A DNA stretch of 64,000 bases from Octopus sinensis (lineage: Eukaryota): NCBI RefSeq assembly GCF_006345805.1, contig NC_043002.1:111104001-111168000 (forward strand). The letters run 5' to 3'. A program made the position numbers and the translations under genes. The notes beneath the pieces were generated by a model that worked only from the letters and a program-made list of their open reading frames with translations, was not told the origin of the DNA and made no database searches. Shown piece by piece: positions 51,019 through 61,975 of this stretch (positions are counted from its first letter, which is position 1; each line of letters opens with the position of its first letter).

Positions 51019-51620
51019 CATTAGTATTGGAACATTTCCTTTTTGTCTTCTTATTTTGATATATTTGAAGATTATTAGAAATTATTTCATAAAAATCTAT
51101 TTCTTAAAAACTTTGGCATTTTGTTTTATTCTAAATTAAAGAAAATGAATAATAACTGTTCCAACATGATTTCATTATTTAAATGAGAAATTATCATTGT
51201 TTATACTTTCCTTTTGGCTAGGTTCAATACCCAAGATTTGTTGAAGGCAAATGGGATTTTCCCAGGTACATTAGCAACATACATGATATATCAAATAAAA
51301 GCCAACTTTGTAGAGGAATAGATTATATTTGAGTGAAGATAGCATAGTCAACTCTACTGCTAGGGAAGAATGGCAAAGCACACTTTTGACATGAAATAAA
51401 CTCTCAAGACGTTTAGTAATAAATGTTATAAACTATCTAATCTGGTTCTTTAATGTTTGAATAAACTAAATTAAAGGGTATGAATTTGAGACAGTATTTA
51501 AAGTACATCTCCCAGGATGGAATATCAAGTATCTGTAGCTTTTTTTAACCACAATATATGACCCTGGTAAGACTGTTACAGCTAGCAAGTGTAAGGTTAG
51601 CAGTTTGTTTTGGTGTCTAT

Positions 51621-52014
51621 AGCGCAGGAGTGGCTGTGTGGTAAGTAGCTTGTTTACCAACCGCATGGTTCCGGGTTCAGTCCCACTGCGTGGCACCTTG
51701 GGCAAGTGTCTTCTACTATAGCCTCGGGCCGACCAAAGCCTTGTGAGTGGATTTGGTAGACGGAAACTGAAAGAAGCCTGTCGTATATATGTATATATAT
51801 GTATATGTATGTGTGTGTTTGTGTGTCTGTGTTTGTCCCCCTAGCATTGCTTGACAACCGATGCTGGTGTGTTTACGTCCCCGTTACTTAGCAAAAGAGA
51901 TTGATAGAATAAGTACTGGGCTTACAAAGAATAAGTCCCGGGGTCGATTTGCTCGACTAAAGGCGGTGCTCCAGCATGGCCGCAGTCAAATGACTGAAAC
52001 AAGTAAAAGAGAGT
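51621..52014 (+). mobile_element. SINE family A
   Basis: Full match with a small internal deletion. Confidence 0.92.
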
Positions 52015-52309
52015 ACTGTGCTTGGTCAAGACCCTCAACTCATCAGTCTCTCCATTTATAGCTAGTTTCTGCATATGGGTCAGTTCACCACTGTGAGCAT
52101 TGGACAGCAATCTGATTTTTGTTTTACCATGTTGATCTCCTATTAATAGTTTGGCATAGATAGTTCTCAACACTAACAAAAACAGAATGATGATTTCATA
52201 GACCATTGTATACACTAAAAAGGATTAACACGCATACAATCAGCAAATGTTATATACTATATAAACCTGTACTCTATAAGCTTCTAATAGAAGCAGTGGT
52301 ATCATAATG

Positions 52310-52593
52310 AAAAGCTCCACGAGGCTCCGGCAGGGATGGTGGTGATCCCTGCTGTACTCTTTCACCACAACTTTCTCTCACTCTAACTTCCTGTTTCTGT
52401 TGTACCTGTATTTCAAAGGGCCGGCCTTGTCACTCTCTGTGTCACGCTGAATATCCCCGAGAACTACGTTAAGGGTACACGTGTCTGTGGAGTGCTCAGC
52501 CACTTACACGTTAATTTCACGAGCAGGCTGTTCCGTTGATTCGGATCAACCGGAACCCTCGTCGTCGTAACCGACAGAGGGCTTCCAAAAAAA
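52310..52593 (+). mobile_element. Family I retroposon, 5'-truncated, with 12-bp TSD
   Basis: TSD ggtatcataatg at 52298-52309 and 52594-52605; short A tail. Confidence 0.88.
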
Positions 52594-54103
52594 GGTATCA
52601 TAATGGTTTGAGGTCTCTATATCTGGAAGTACTTCAAACTTCCCTCTCCTTTTGAGACAAAATATCTTTATTCTGCTTACAAAGCTGTATTTATGTGATA
52701 TGGTTTGTAAGAATTGCAATAATTTTGTGCTGTTACATTGTTAACAGAAATTATCCTCTGTATTAAAACTAGCTGTAAAAACATTTTGCTTGTAATTTAG
52801 TAAGCTAATTTATCTCACTAATTTATATGAAATAGTTTGCTAATCTATCTCCAAGATAATTTTCAATGATCTAATTAATAGCAGTTCTGTGTTTCATATT
52901 TGCGTATGTATTATAGAATATACATTTTATTTCCATTTAAGTATTTAAGCTTTTTTAATCTTCTTCTTAATATTAAGCATCTTATCTTTAAGATCAGATA
53001 ACTAAAAACATATTAAATAATTTCTATTTTTCTCTTTTTAAATTACAGATTTACTAAAAAATCAAGACAGTAATTAGTATTGTTCCTATTATAGCTTTTA
53101 TTTTTTAACATAGTTGGTTTTCTATCATAGATTAAATCTCGCTCTAAATGAAAAAGAATTCATAATCTAAAACTATGAATTATTTGATTGAATTTCTAAA
53201 GAAATAATCTTTATTCTTATCAATCACTTATCAAATGTATCTTCTCTTTAAAACTAAATTATTATGCTTTGGGAAACTTACCTTGCTTTATAGATTTGTG
53301 ATAATTGTTGTATCTATGTAGTAATTACCTCATTCCAGAAAGTTTTCATAAAGTAGTTAGTGGAGAGGTAACTAATACATGAGCTGTATATTTAGCTAAA
53401 GAATATTGGTTATAGATTTTAACTATTGATTACTTTCTTGGGTTCATAGCAGTTTATGCAACCATGAGACTAAATTAATGGAAACTAAATAAAAGTTTAG
53501 TTCTTTTTCAAAAGAAGCAATTAAAGAAAAATAACACTGATTTTTATATGGAGAAATTATCCCAATCAATTTTGTCTATCTTTAAAATTTAGGACCCATA
53601 AAGATTTTGAAACTAGGAATATTTTAGATACCAAGAAGAAAATGAAGAATATTTTATAAGTTTGTATAAATATTTCTGTGTATTGAAAATAATGTGAAAA
53701 TCATTCTCTTAACTTTAAGATGGCATACCACTCTCCTGCACACAGACATTTAAGCTACATACTTAAGGGCAGACCTCCACTGCTCTGAAAATTGAAAAGG
53801 TATCCTTATGGCCTGAAGTCTAAATTCACTGTAAGATACAATGAGTTAAGCACTAAGAAAGCAGAGTGAATTTTCAAATATAAAAGACAAACAGAACAAC
53901 TGAGTAGAGACACTGTTACAGCAAGAGAGTAGAAACGCTGTTGGATGATTTAGATAACTTCAAACTATTTCGTTAAGCATTGAGACAAATACAGAAAATA
54001 AACAGAACTACTCCAGCTTGTGTTGAATGATTTAGAAAGTAAATCTTATAAAATGGGACATATTAAACAGCTTCAATTGCTAACATGTTACAAAAAAGAA
54101 AAA

Positions 54104-54104
<1 letters not shown>

Positions 54105-54141
<37 letters not shown>
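54105..54141. repeat. (TA)n microsatellite
   Basis: Direct reading. Confidence 0.95.
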
Positions 54142-54146
<5 letters not shown>

Positions 54147-55025
54147 AAGACACAAAGTATATTACATACATAGTGATTTAAGTATGTTTCTTCTCTTGCT
54201 GCAATTACACATGCATGGTAAATGGCCCATGGAATCGGTAGAGTGTTGGCATTTCATTGCATCTATATGTTTTGAGTTCAAATTCTAATCATGTTTCATT
54301 TTGCTTTACATCTTTCCAAGATTAATAAAACATATACTGAGGGCTGATGTACTCAACTATAGACCAAGACAGCATAGTTACAGCCCAATGATTAAAATCG
54401 GTAATAAAAAATAAAACTATGCATAGAAACTCATGGTTATGTTCATGATAATGACTTTGTGGTAGTAAAGAAAACTCCTATTGGTAATACCATACAATAT
54501 TTAATCGTATCAACCATAAAAAAAGGTTTCATGATAGAGAACTGTAAACGAACTTATGCTCTATTGCCCTAATGTTGTCTCACCTGCATAGCATGGAAAG
54601 TGACTTAGGAAACATAAGGTTAGCTACAGACTTGTGACTAACAGTAAGGTTAGTGTCCTAAAGGACATCTTTTTGAATGTCATATTCCAAGCGAAAAAGA
54701 AGAGAGAAAAATACAATAGAAGACAGAATTATGATGAAAGTATATTAAATTTAGTTATATCTTCTTCACAAACAAGGCAAACCACTTTTAATGTTACCTC
54801 TCACATTTTGGATTGTTGATACCTGACTCAGTTCAAATTAAGATGTCTGATTGTCATCCTCTCAGTTTCTATGTCTTTCTTGTTCATATGTAAACACACA
54901 TACATACACCATAAATTTTGAATGTTATGTTGTTTTACTATTATTAGTCAGATTTGAATTACAATCTTCAAAGATAACTTCCTATAATACAGTTCTGTAT
55001 TTAAGAGATTAGGAATTATGTACAA

Positions 55026-55329
55026 TATTTACATTTGACGGATATTTGTCCTCATCTTGATTGTTGTTAACACAATGTTTCAGCTGATATACCCTCCAGC
55101 CTTCATCAGGTGTCTTGGATAAATTTCCAATTTGGGTTCTCATTCCTAAGATATTTTTTCAATGTTATAATAATAATAATAATAATAATAATATCAAAAA
55201 ATACCTTAGGAATGAGAACCCAGGTTCAAAATTTCCCCAGGACACCTGATGAAAGCTGGAGGGTATATCAGCCGAAACATTGTGTTAGCAACAAACAAGA
55301 TGAGGACAAATATCCGTCAAATGTAAATA
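55026..55329. repeat. Fold-back of ~140-bp arms around an (AAT)n spacer; probable Penelope terminal-repeat inversion
   Basis: tatttacatttgacggatatttgtcctcatcttg... is mirrored by ...caagatgaggacaaatatccgtcaaatgtaaata, with scattered mismatches. Confidence 0.92.
55241..55286 (+). ncRNA. Minimal type-I hammerhead-ribozyme-like motif (probably decayed); mirrored on the minus strand in the left arm
   Basis: gacac-CTGATGA-a-agctg(gagggtatat)cagcc-GAAAC-att-gtgtt: helix I GACAC/GUGUU, helix II (G/A)GCUG/CAGC(C/U), near-absent helix III. Confidence 0.5.
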
Positions 55330-55504
55330 ATGTGACTTCCTATAAATATGTTACAATGAAAACTATTATAACTTAAGGTGTTTTCAGTTAGTTGCCTTTA
55401 ACTACTGAAATAAACTGTTTTCGCTCTTCTCATTTTCTGAAAGTTACTGTTATTATTATCTTTTTATTTTTATAATAAGACTGGTTTTTTTTCTCTTCTT
55501 TCAG

Positions 55505-55825
55505 ATTGATGCTTTGAATTAAGAAGAAAGAAAGCTTGGAAGAAGATTCTCTGATCTTTTTAATCCTTTGTCAGAGTGGATGTGAGAACTGTACTACTAT
55601 TAACTGATCTTAAAATAGAAACCAAAGAATCCCAGTTAACAACTTCATCTCTCTTATCATTTTTTTTCCAAGTAAAATTGCTGTTTAAATATTTTCTTTT
55701 ACCATGGAGCCATGCCTTGGGAATTTTAACCAAAATAACGTAAACAAGAAATCAATTATTAGTGTACTCCCATAACAAGATGTAGTATCAGTAAAGGCCA
55801 AGGTGAGGTGGCCTAATTTCCTAAT
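55505..55825 (+). other. 5'-UTR part of the p190 coding exon
   Basis: Polypyrimidine tract plus acceptor (ttttttctcttctttcag|) ends at 55504; a second possible acceptor (tttttttccaag|) ends at 55672. No transcript data. Confidence 0.6.
55704..55775 (+). promoter_or_regulatory. 23-codon upstream ORF (MEPCLGNFNQNNVNKKSIISVLP*) in strong Kozak context
   Basis: accATGg at 55704, TAA at 55773-55775, 50 nt before the p190 ATG; other uATGs at 55509, 55580, 55712 and 55780. Confidence 0.55.
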
Positions 55826-56228
55826 ATGGCCAAAAGGACAGAACCACGGACCTTTAACATTAGTGTTATTGGTCTGTCAGGAACTGAGAAGGAAAAGGGC
55901 CTCACTGGTGTTGGCAAGTCATGTCTATGCAATCGGTTTATGCGACCATTAGCCAATGATTACCATATGGAGCACATCTCTGTGTTAAGCCAAAGTGATT
56001 TCGGAGGCCGTGTGATCAACAATGACCACTTTCTGTACTGGGGTGAAATCTCCAAAACTGATGAAGGAGTTGATCACACATTCCATGTGATAGAACAGAC
56101 TGAGTTCACAGATGATGTGTCTTTTCAGCCATTTAAGACTGGCAAGCATGAGCCTTATAGTAAAAGGTGTATTAGTACCAAAGTGCAATCAGCAGAAAAA
56201 CTCATGTATATCTGTAAAGAACAACTTG
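55826..56228 (+). CDS. RhoGAPp190: First coding exon of p190 Rho GTPase-activating protein (N-terminal GTPase domain); partial CDS, continues beyond the window
   Basis: Translation [38 protein letters not shown]...[18 protein letters not shown]...EQTEF...[14 protein letters not shown] matches the N-terminus of vertebrate ARHGAP35/ARHGAP5 as I recall it ([28 protein letters not shown]...[17 protein letters not shown]...SAEKLMYFCTDQLG). ATG context aatATGg; donor G|GTAAGT at 56228/56229 (phase 1). Confidence 0.95.
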
Positions 56229-56702
56229 GTAAGTATTCGTCATTTATATAGTTACTTGCTTTTTTTGTTTTGATTTTGTTAACTGATTTTTATCCTTTTG
56301 TCTGTGGAGTTTTTACTAGATAAAAAAAAAAAAAGTTACCCTCAGTGGGTATTAGGACATTTACATGCATTGTTATAGATGCAATTTTTGAGTTTTGTGT
56401 CCATTATAACATAAGTGTTGTCTATATTTCAGCTAAATAGTCTTCATTTTTTGTTTTTTCTGTCCTAGTATTTTATCTTGCCTCAGTTCAGGGTCAACTT
56501 GTTTTTTTTTTATATTGATGCAGTGAAGATGTTGGTAGGATTTGCAGTATTGATTCCCAGATAAAAGTTGTCCAGTCTTAGTGATTTCTCTCATGCATTA
56601 GCAGTTTACATTTAAGATGAAAACTTCATAAACTCTTGCGTATAAGAAATATAGTGATGTTGATGAAATAAGTACCAGTGGAATACTGCAGTCAATGTAA
56701 TC

Positions 56703-57120
56703 TCTTTCTTTACTACCCACAAGGGGCTAAACACAGAGGGGACAAACAAGGACAGACAAACGGATTAAGTCGATTACATCGAACCCAGTGCCTAACTGGT
56801 ACTTATTTAATCGACCCCGAAAGGATGAAAGGCAAAGTCGACCTCGGTGGAATTTGAACTCAGAACGTAGCAGCAGACGAAATACCTATTTCTTTACTAC
56901 CCACAAGGGGCTAAACACAGAGAGGACAAACAAGGACAGACAAACAGATTAAGTCGATTATATCGACCCCCAGTACGTAACTGGTACTTATTTAATCGAC
57001 CCCGAAAGGATGAAAGGCAAAGTCGACCTCGGCGGAATTTGAACTCAGAACATAGCGGCAGACGAAATACCGATAAGCATTTTGCCCGGGGCGCTAACGT
57101 TTCTGCCAGTTCGCCGCCTT
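56703..57120 (-). mobile_element. Head-to-tail dimer of SINE family B inserted antisense in an older B-like copy
   Basis: Full unit 57120-56889 plus 5'-truncated unit ~56886-56703; aatgtaatc duplicated at 56694-56702 and 57121-57129. Confidence 0.9.
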
Positions 57121-57189
57121 AATGTAATCAATGTAGTCAATGTAATCAACTAGTTCCATCCTCCAAATTTTCAGATCATTATTATCAAT

Positions 57190-57395
57190 GTGGCAAGCTG
57201 ACAGAATCAGTTGAACAGTGGGCAAAATGTCGTATAGTATTTCTTGCAACTCTTTACATCCTAAGTTCAAATCCTGCCGAGGTCAAGTTTGCTTGTCATG
57301 ATACATTCAAGGTCATTAAAATAAAGTACCATTCAAGTAGTGAGGGTCAGTACTCCATCAAATTTCAAGCCTTGTGCCTACATTAGTAATAATTG
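57190..57395 (+). mobile_element. Diverged SINE B-like copy
   Basis: gtggcaagctgacagaatc..aagttcaaatcctgccgaggtcaagtttgc..attaaaataaagtacc. Confidence 0.65.
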
Positions 57396-57402
57396 TTGTT
57401 GA

Positions 57403-57575
57403 AAAAGGTGGTGAACTAGCATAATCAGAAAAGCAGCAGACAAAATGCCTTGTGGTGTTTAATTATATCTCTATACAGTCTAAGTTTAAATCCTACTGAG
57501 ATCATCTTTGCCTTTCATCTTTACAAGACCAATAAAATAAAGTAGCAGTCAAGTCTTGGAGCAGATGAAATTGGC
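57403..57575 (+). mobile_element. Diverged SINE B-like copy
   Basis: aaggtggtgaactagc..aagtttaaatcctactgagatcatctttgcctttcatcttt..aataaaataaagtagcag. Confidence 0.6.
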
Positions 57576-57889
57576 TGTACCATTCCCATATGAATGGTGT
57601 AGCCAATTTAATCTGAGAACTTGTGGCTATGAATTCATTCTTGTTGCAGAAAAAAGGAACAGTCCATAGCCATTTTAACTCTTCTCAGATTGTTTGAATT
57701 ATTGAAGGTTTGTAGTTGAAGAAGGCCTGTAGATGTAAGGGAAATTCCAGAATACAGGATTGGGAGAAATAATTCATTTATATGGACTTGGTTCCACCAG
57801 AGAGTCAGAAACCCAGAGAAATAATGGTTGTAGTAATAATGGCAGATGAGATAACTGTTTAGAGGATGTTAGTAAATATAGAGTTTCCT

Positions 57890-58029
57890 TTTTTTAATCT
57901 ATTTAAAACATCGCTGTAACTTAGCAGTTTGGCAAAAGAGTCCTATAGAATAAGTCCTGGGGGGTCAATTTGCATGACTAAAGGTGGTGCTCCATCATGG
58001 CTGCAGTGAAATGACTGAAACATGTAAAA

Positions 58030-58067
<38 letters not shown>

Positions 58068-58200
58068 TATTGTGTCTGGGGAGAGTCATTTTCTTTTTGT
58101 GCCTTTTGATTTAACACACACACGGTAAAATTTCCTAAAATTTTCTTACGTACACACACAGAACTATAGCCTCGGGCTGATTACAGCTTTGTGAGTGGAT
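57890..58200 (+). repeat. Patchwork insertion copied from 60490-60980 and local flanks
   Basis: Shares private variants with the SINE at 60402-60745; bracketed by a ~31-bp direct repeat at 57859-57889 and 58201-58231. Confidence 0.8.
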
Positions 58201-59382
58201 TTAGAGGATGTTAGTAAATATAGAGTTTCCTATTTAAAGTGTGCATGTGTTTGTACGTACACACACAGAACTATATGCAGAAGTAATGTTCTAGAAGGTT
58301 AGCAACTATTTTCTGCCTTTATGTAGTCTTAAGTAGATTTCACAAAGATTATCAGAGATTGATAATAGCTTGCATTTATTTGGACTCTGCTAGATGGAGC
58401 CATGCATTCTCCAAAAGTGTAAGGGTCTATGGTATTGTTAACTTTGTAGTTGAAATGATTTAATGTGATTCAAATGAAATTCAAGGATCTTTCTATCACA
58501 GATTCCCTTTGATGGGATTACTTTGACATAATAGAGGATATTAAATTGTTTATTACTCCCAAGAGCAGATGTAATTTTGATCATAGTTTCAACATTGTCA
58601 AAGAGTCAGCATTCTAAACTACTTCCTTTTTGCATAGTAATGAATGTAAAAATGTTTTTTGTTCTCCTCAAGCCTATTGACCAAGTTTATATCTTTGTAT
58701 AAAGGCATTCTTTAATACCAATTAAACAGGTTTCATTTGTGTGACCAAAAAAAAAAATAAAATATAAAATACCTCAGCGGGCTGCTCCAGTTATCTTTTT
58801 TTCTCATGACAAGATCACTATTTAACTGGATGAAAGTAAGTCAAGGCCTTCATGCGCAGTCAAGTTTTCAATCAATAAATGCCTTTTTCCTCTCCCTTAT
58901 TCAAAATGTGGTACTTCAAACTATGTTTCCTATGATTCCAAACAGTTTGAATTTAGAAAGGGGACACATTATATTTTATTTCGTTTTATCTTCCCTTAGA
59001 TAAACACTTGACCTCCGACATCTTAATCAGATTGTATTTTTTTTCCCCCTCTGTAACTACTCTCACCCCATCATCTAAAAAAAGTATTTCCTCTTTACAT
59101 CTTTGACTGCCATTTCAGACTATTTAGACTCTGTTTTGATTATTTCCTCCAGATTATCTCTAAATGCTGGCCTAAAGGTTTACAACTTCAGTTTCTGTGT
59201 TCATCTAATCACTATACATTGTTTTACAAATACAACCACATATACACACAAGGAGGGTGGAGAAGTAGCACATAACTAATTCACTTGGTACTAACATTTG
59301 CCAGCACATAATCTTTTACTATATTTTCCAACTTTACTTACTATATGGCAGTCATTTTTGAACGCCTAGAACTTAATACAGA

Positions 59383-59790
59383 TACTCTTTTACTTGTTTC
59401 TGTCATTTGACTATGGCCATGCTGGAGCACCGCCTTTAGTCGAGCAAATCGACCCCGGGACTTATTCTTTGTAAGCCCAGTACTTATTCTTTCGGTCTCT
59501 TTTGCCGAACCGCTAAGTGACGGGGACATAAACACACCAGCATCGGTTGTCAAGCAATGCTGGGGGGGACAAACACAGACACACAAACATATACACACAC
59601 ACTTATAATATATATATACATATATACGACAGGCTTCTTTCAGTTTCCGTCTACCAAATCCACTCACAAGGCATTGGTCGGCCCGGGGCTATAGCAGAAG
59701 ACACTTACCCAAGATGCCACGCAGTGGGACTGAACCCGGAACCATGTTGTTGGTTAGCAAGCTACTTACCACACAGCCACTCCTGCGCCT
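59383..59790 (-). mobile_element. SINE family A
   Basis: Reverse complement of consensus. Confidence 0.92.
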
Positions 59791-60401
59791 ATTATGCTTA
59801 ATTATTGTTAAGGCAAGATGTAATTTTGAAAATCAGTCCATGTTTTTTTGTCTATTATTGTAGTTGATTGCTCCATACGATCCTTCTTCCCCTCCCTCTC
59901 AACTGATTGTATACAGGATTGCAAATATGTGTTTGTGCGTGATACTGGATTGCTTTTTGTTAAAAAAATCTGTTTTATGCATTTTCATAGTGAAGGAGAA
60001 AGAGGGAGAGAGAGCGAAAGAATTTCATTAATGATCCCCAGTGATTTACAAAAAAATTCTTGGTACACATTTCCAAAGATAAGGCTGCTCACTGGTCTTC
60101 AATATCATTCAACATTTAACAAGAAAGAGGTTGGAGTGGGAATTTCTGATAAAACAGAAATTAATAGCTTATGTTTATGGCAATATTTTAACAAAATAAT
60201 CTATCATTGTTTTAAAATGTCACTTTTTTCAAATATTCTTACTGATTCAGTTCTTTCATTGATATTGTTTTGTTCTTCTTTTTTTTCCTCCCTTTTTTTT
60301 TTTTGGTGGGATAAATTATTTTGTTTTACAACCCTATTAGTCTATGAAAGATATGTCTTGTAATAATTATCTCTCTCATCTATATTATTCATTTTCCTTT
60401 T

Positions 60402-60745
60402 GTAGTGGCTTTGTCGTAAGTAGCTCGCTTACCAACCACATGGTTCTAGGTTCAGTCCCACTGTGTGGCACCTTGGGCAAGTGTCTTCTACTATAGCCTC
60501 GGGCTGATTACAGCCTTGTGAGTGGATTTGGTAGACGGAAACTGAAAGAAGCCCGTCGTATATATGTGTGTGTGTGTGTGTTCCCAACATCACTTGACAA
60601 CTGATCATGGTGTGTTTACGTCCCTGTAACTTAGCAGTTTGGCAAAAGAGTCCTATAGAATGTCCTGGGGGGAGGGTCAATTTGCATGACTAAAGGTGGT
60701 GCTCCATCATGGCTGCAGTGAAATGACTGAAACATGTAAAAGAAT
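60402..60745 (+). mobile_element. SINE family A, older diverged copy
   Basis: Consensus layout with many substitutions. Confidence 0.88.
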
Positions 60746-60832
60746 ATATATATATATATATATGAGATCTCAAAGGAGTCTTATGAGCTTCTTTAGCTTA
60801 CAGCTGTTTCTGCTTTAAGATGCAGTGGACTC

Positions 60833-60867
<35 letters not shown>

Positions 60868-61147
60868 ATATTCTGTTGTGTCTGGGGAGAGTCATTTTCT
60901 TTTTGTGCCTTTTGATTTAACACTCTCACCGGCAAAATTTCCACTTATTTCTTATTTTAATTTTTATTCTCCTAAAATTTTCGTTGCGTCTTGCAACCTT
61001 TTCAATAGTCTTGACTCGATAATCTTGCAAGACGCAGCGAAAATTTTAGGAGAATAAAAATAAAAAATAAGTGGAAATTTTACCAGTGCGTGTGTTAAAT
61101 CATAAGGCACAAAAAGAAAATGACTCTCCCCAGGCACAACAGAATAT
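60868..61147. repeat. Fold-back of ~125-bp arms with 28-bp spacer, next to (TA)n
   Basis: atattctgttgtgtctggggagagtcattttc...cgttgcgtcttgcaa / ttgcaagacgcagcg...gaaaatgactctccccaggcacaacagaatat. Confidence 0.92.
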
Positions 61148-61577
61148 GCTTCAACACACAAACTCATATAAAGAATCTTGTAAACCAAATCCAAAAACGA
61201 AATATATATGCATGTCTTTTAAGAAAGTGGAACAAATTGGATTGGAAAGTAAATATTCTTTGGTTCCCCTGAGTTATGTAGAATTTACTGCTTAGGTTAA
61301 TTTTTGAGAAATTCCTAGTTTAGGTTCACAAAGAAACAATATGTATTGCCCTTTTTCCACCTATTCATATATTTAATCTCTTTCACTTGTTAATTCTTGA
61401 ATCCACTTATGCCCACATCTATTTATTCCTTCACACAAATGTCATATGCAAGTACTCTGTGCACCATTAGAATATTTTAATCAAAACTAACACTAAGGGT
61501 AGCATTTTGGCAGTGATATGGGTTTTTATTTGTATAGTGATTATGAATGTCTATTTCTATATGAGAGTACAGGAGTA

Positions 61578-61975
61578 TACTCTTTACTCTTTTACTGTTT
61601 TCAGTCATTTGACTGCGGCCATGCTGGAGCACTGCCTTTAGTCGAGCAAATCGACCCCGGGACTTATTCTTTGTAAGCCCAGTACTTATTCTATCGGTAT
61701 CTTTTGCCGAACCGCTAAGTGACGCGGACGTAAACACACCAGCATCGGTTGTCAAGCAATGCTAGGGAGACAAACACAGACACACAAACACATATATATA
61801 CATACATATATACGACAGGCTTCTTTCAGTTTCCGTCTACCAAATCCACTCACAAGGCATTGGTCGGCCCGGGGCTATAGCAGAAGACACTTGCCCAAGA
61901 TGCCACGCAGTGGGACTAAACCCGGAACCATGTGGTCGGTTAGCAAGCTACTTACCACACAGCCACTCCTGCGCT
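61578..61975 (-). mobile_element. SINE family A
   Basis: Reverse complement of consensus. Confidence 0.92.

Noticed and set aside
53030-53080. Candidate small 5'-UTR exon after ttacag|
   Set aside because: An acceptor-like site only, with no convincing donor; cannot be supported without transcripts.
59848-60363. Longest unexplained ORF (171 aa)
   Set aside because: Composition reflects T-rich and GA-repeat DNA; no similarity to the expected next p190 segment or any domain I recognise.
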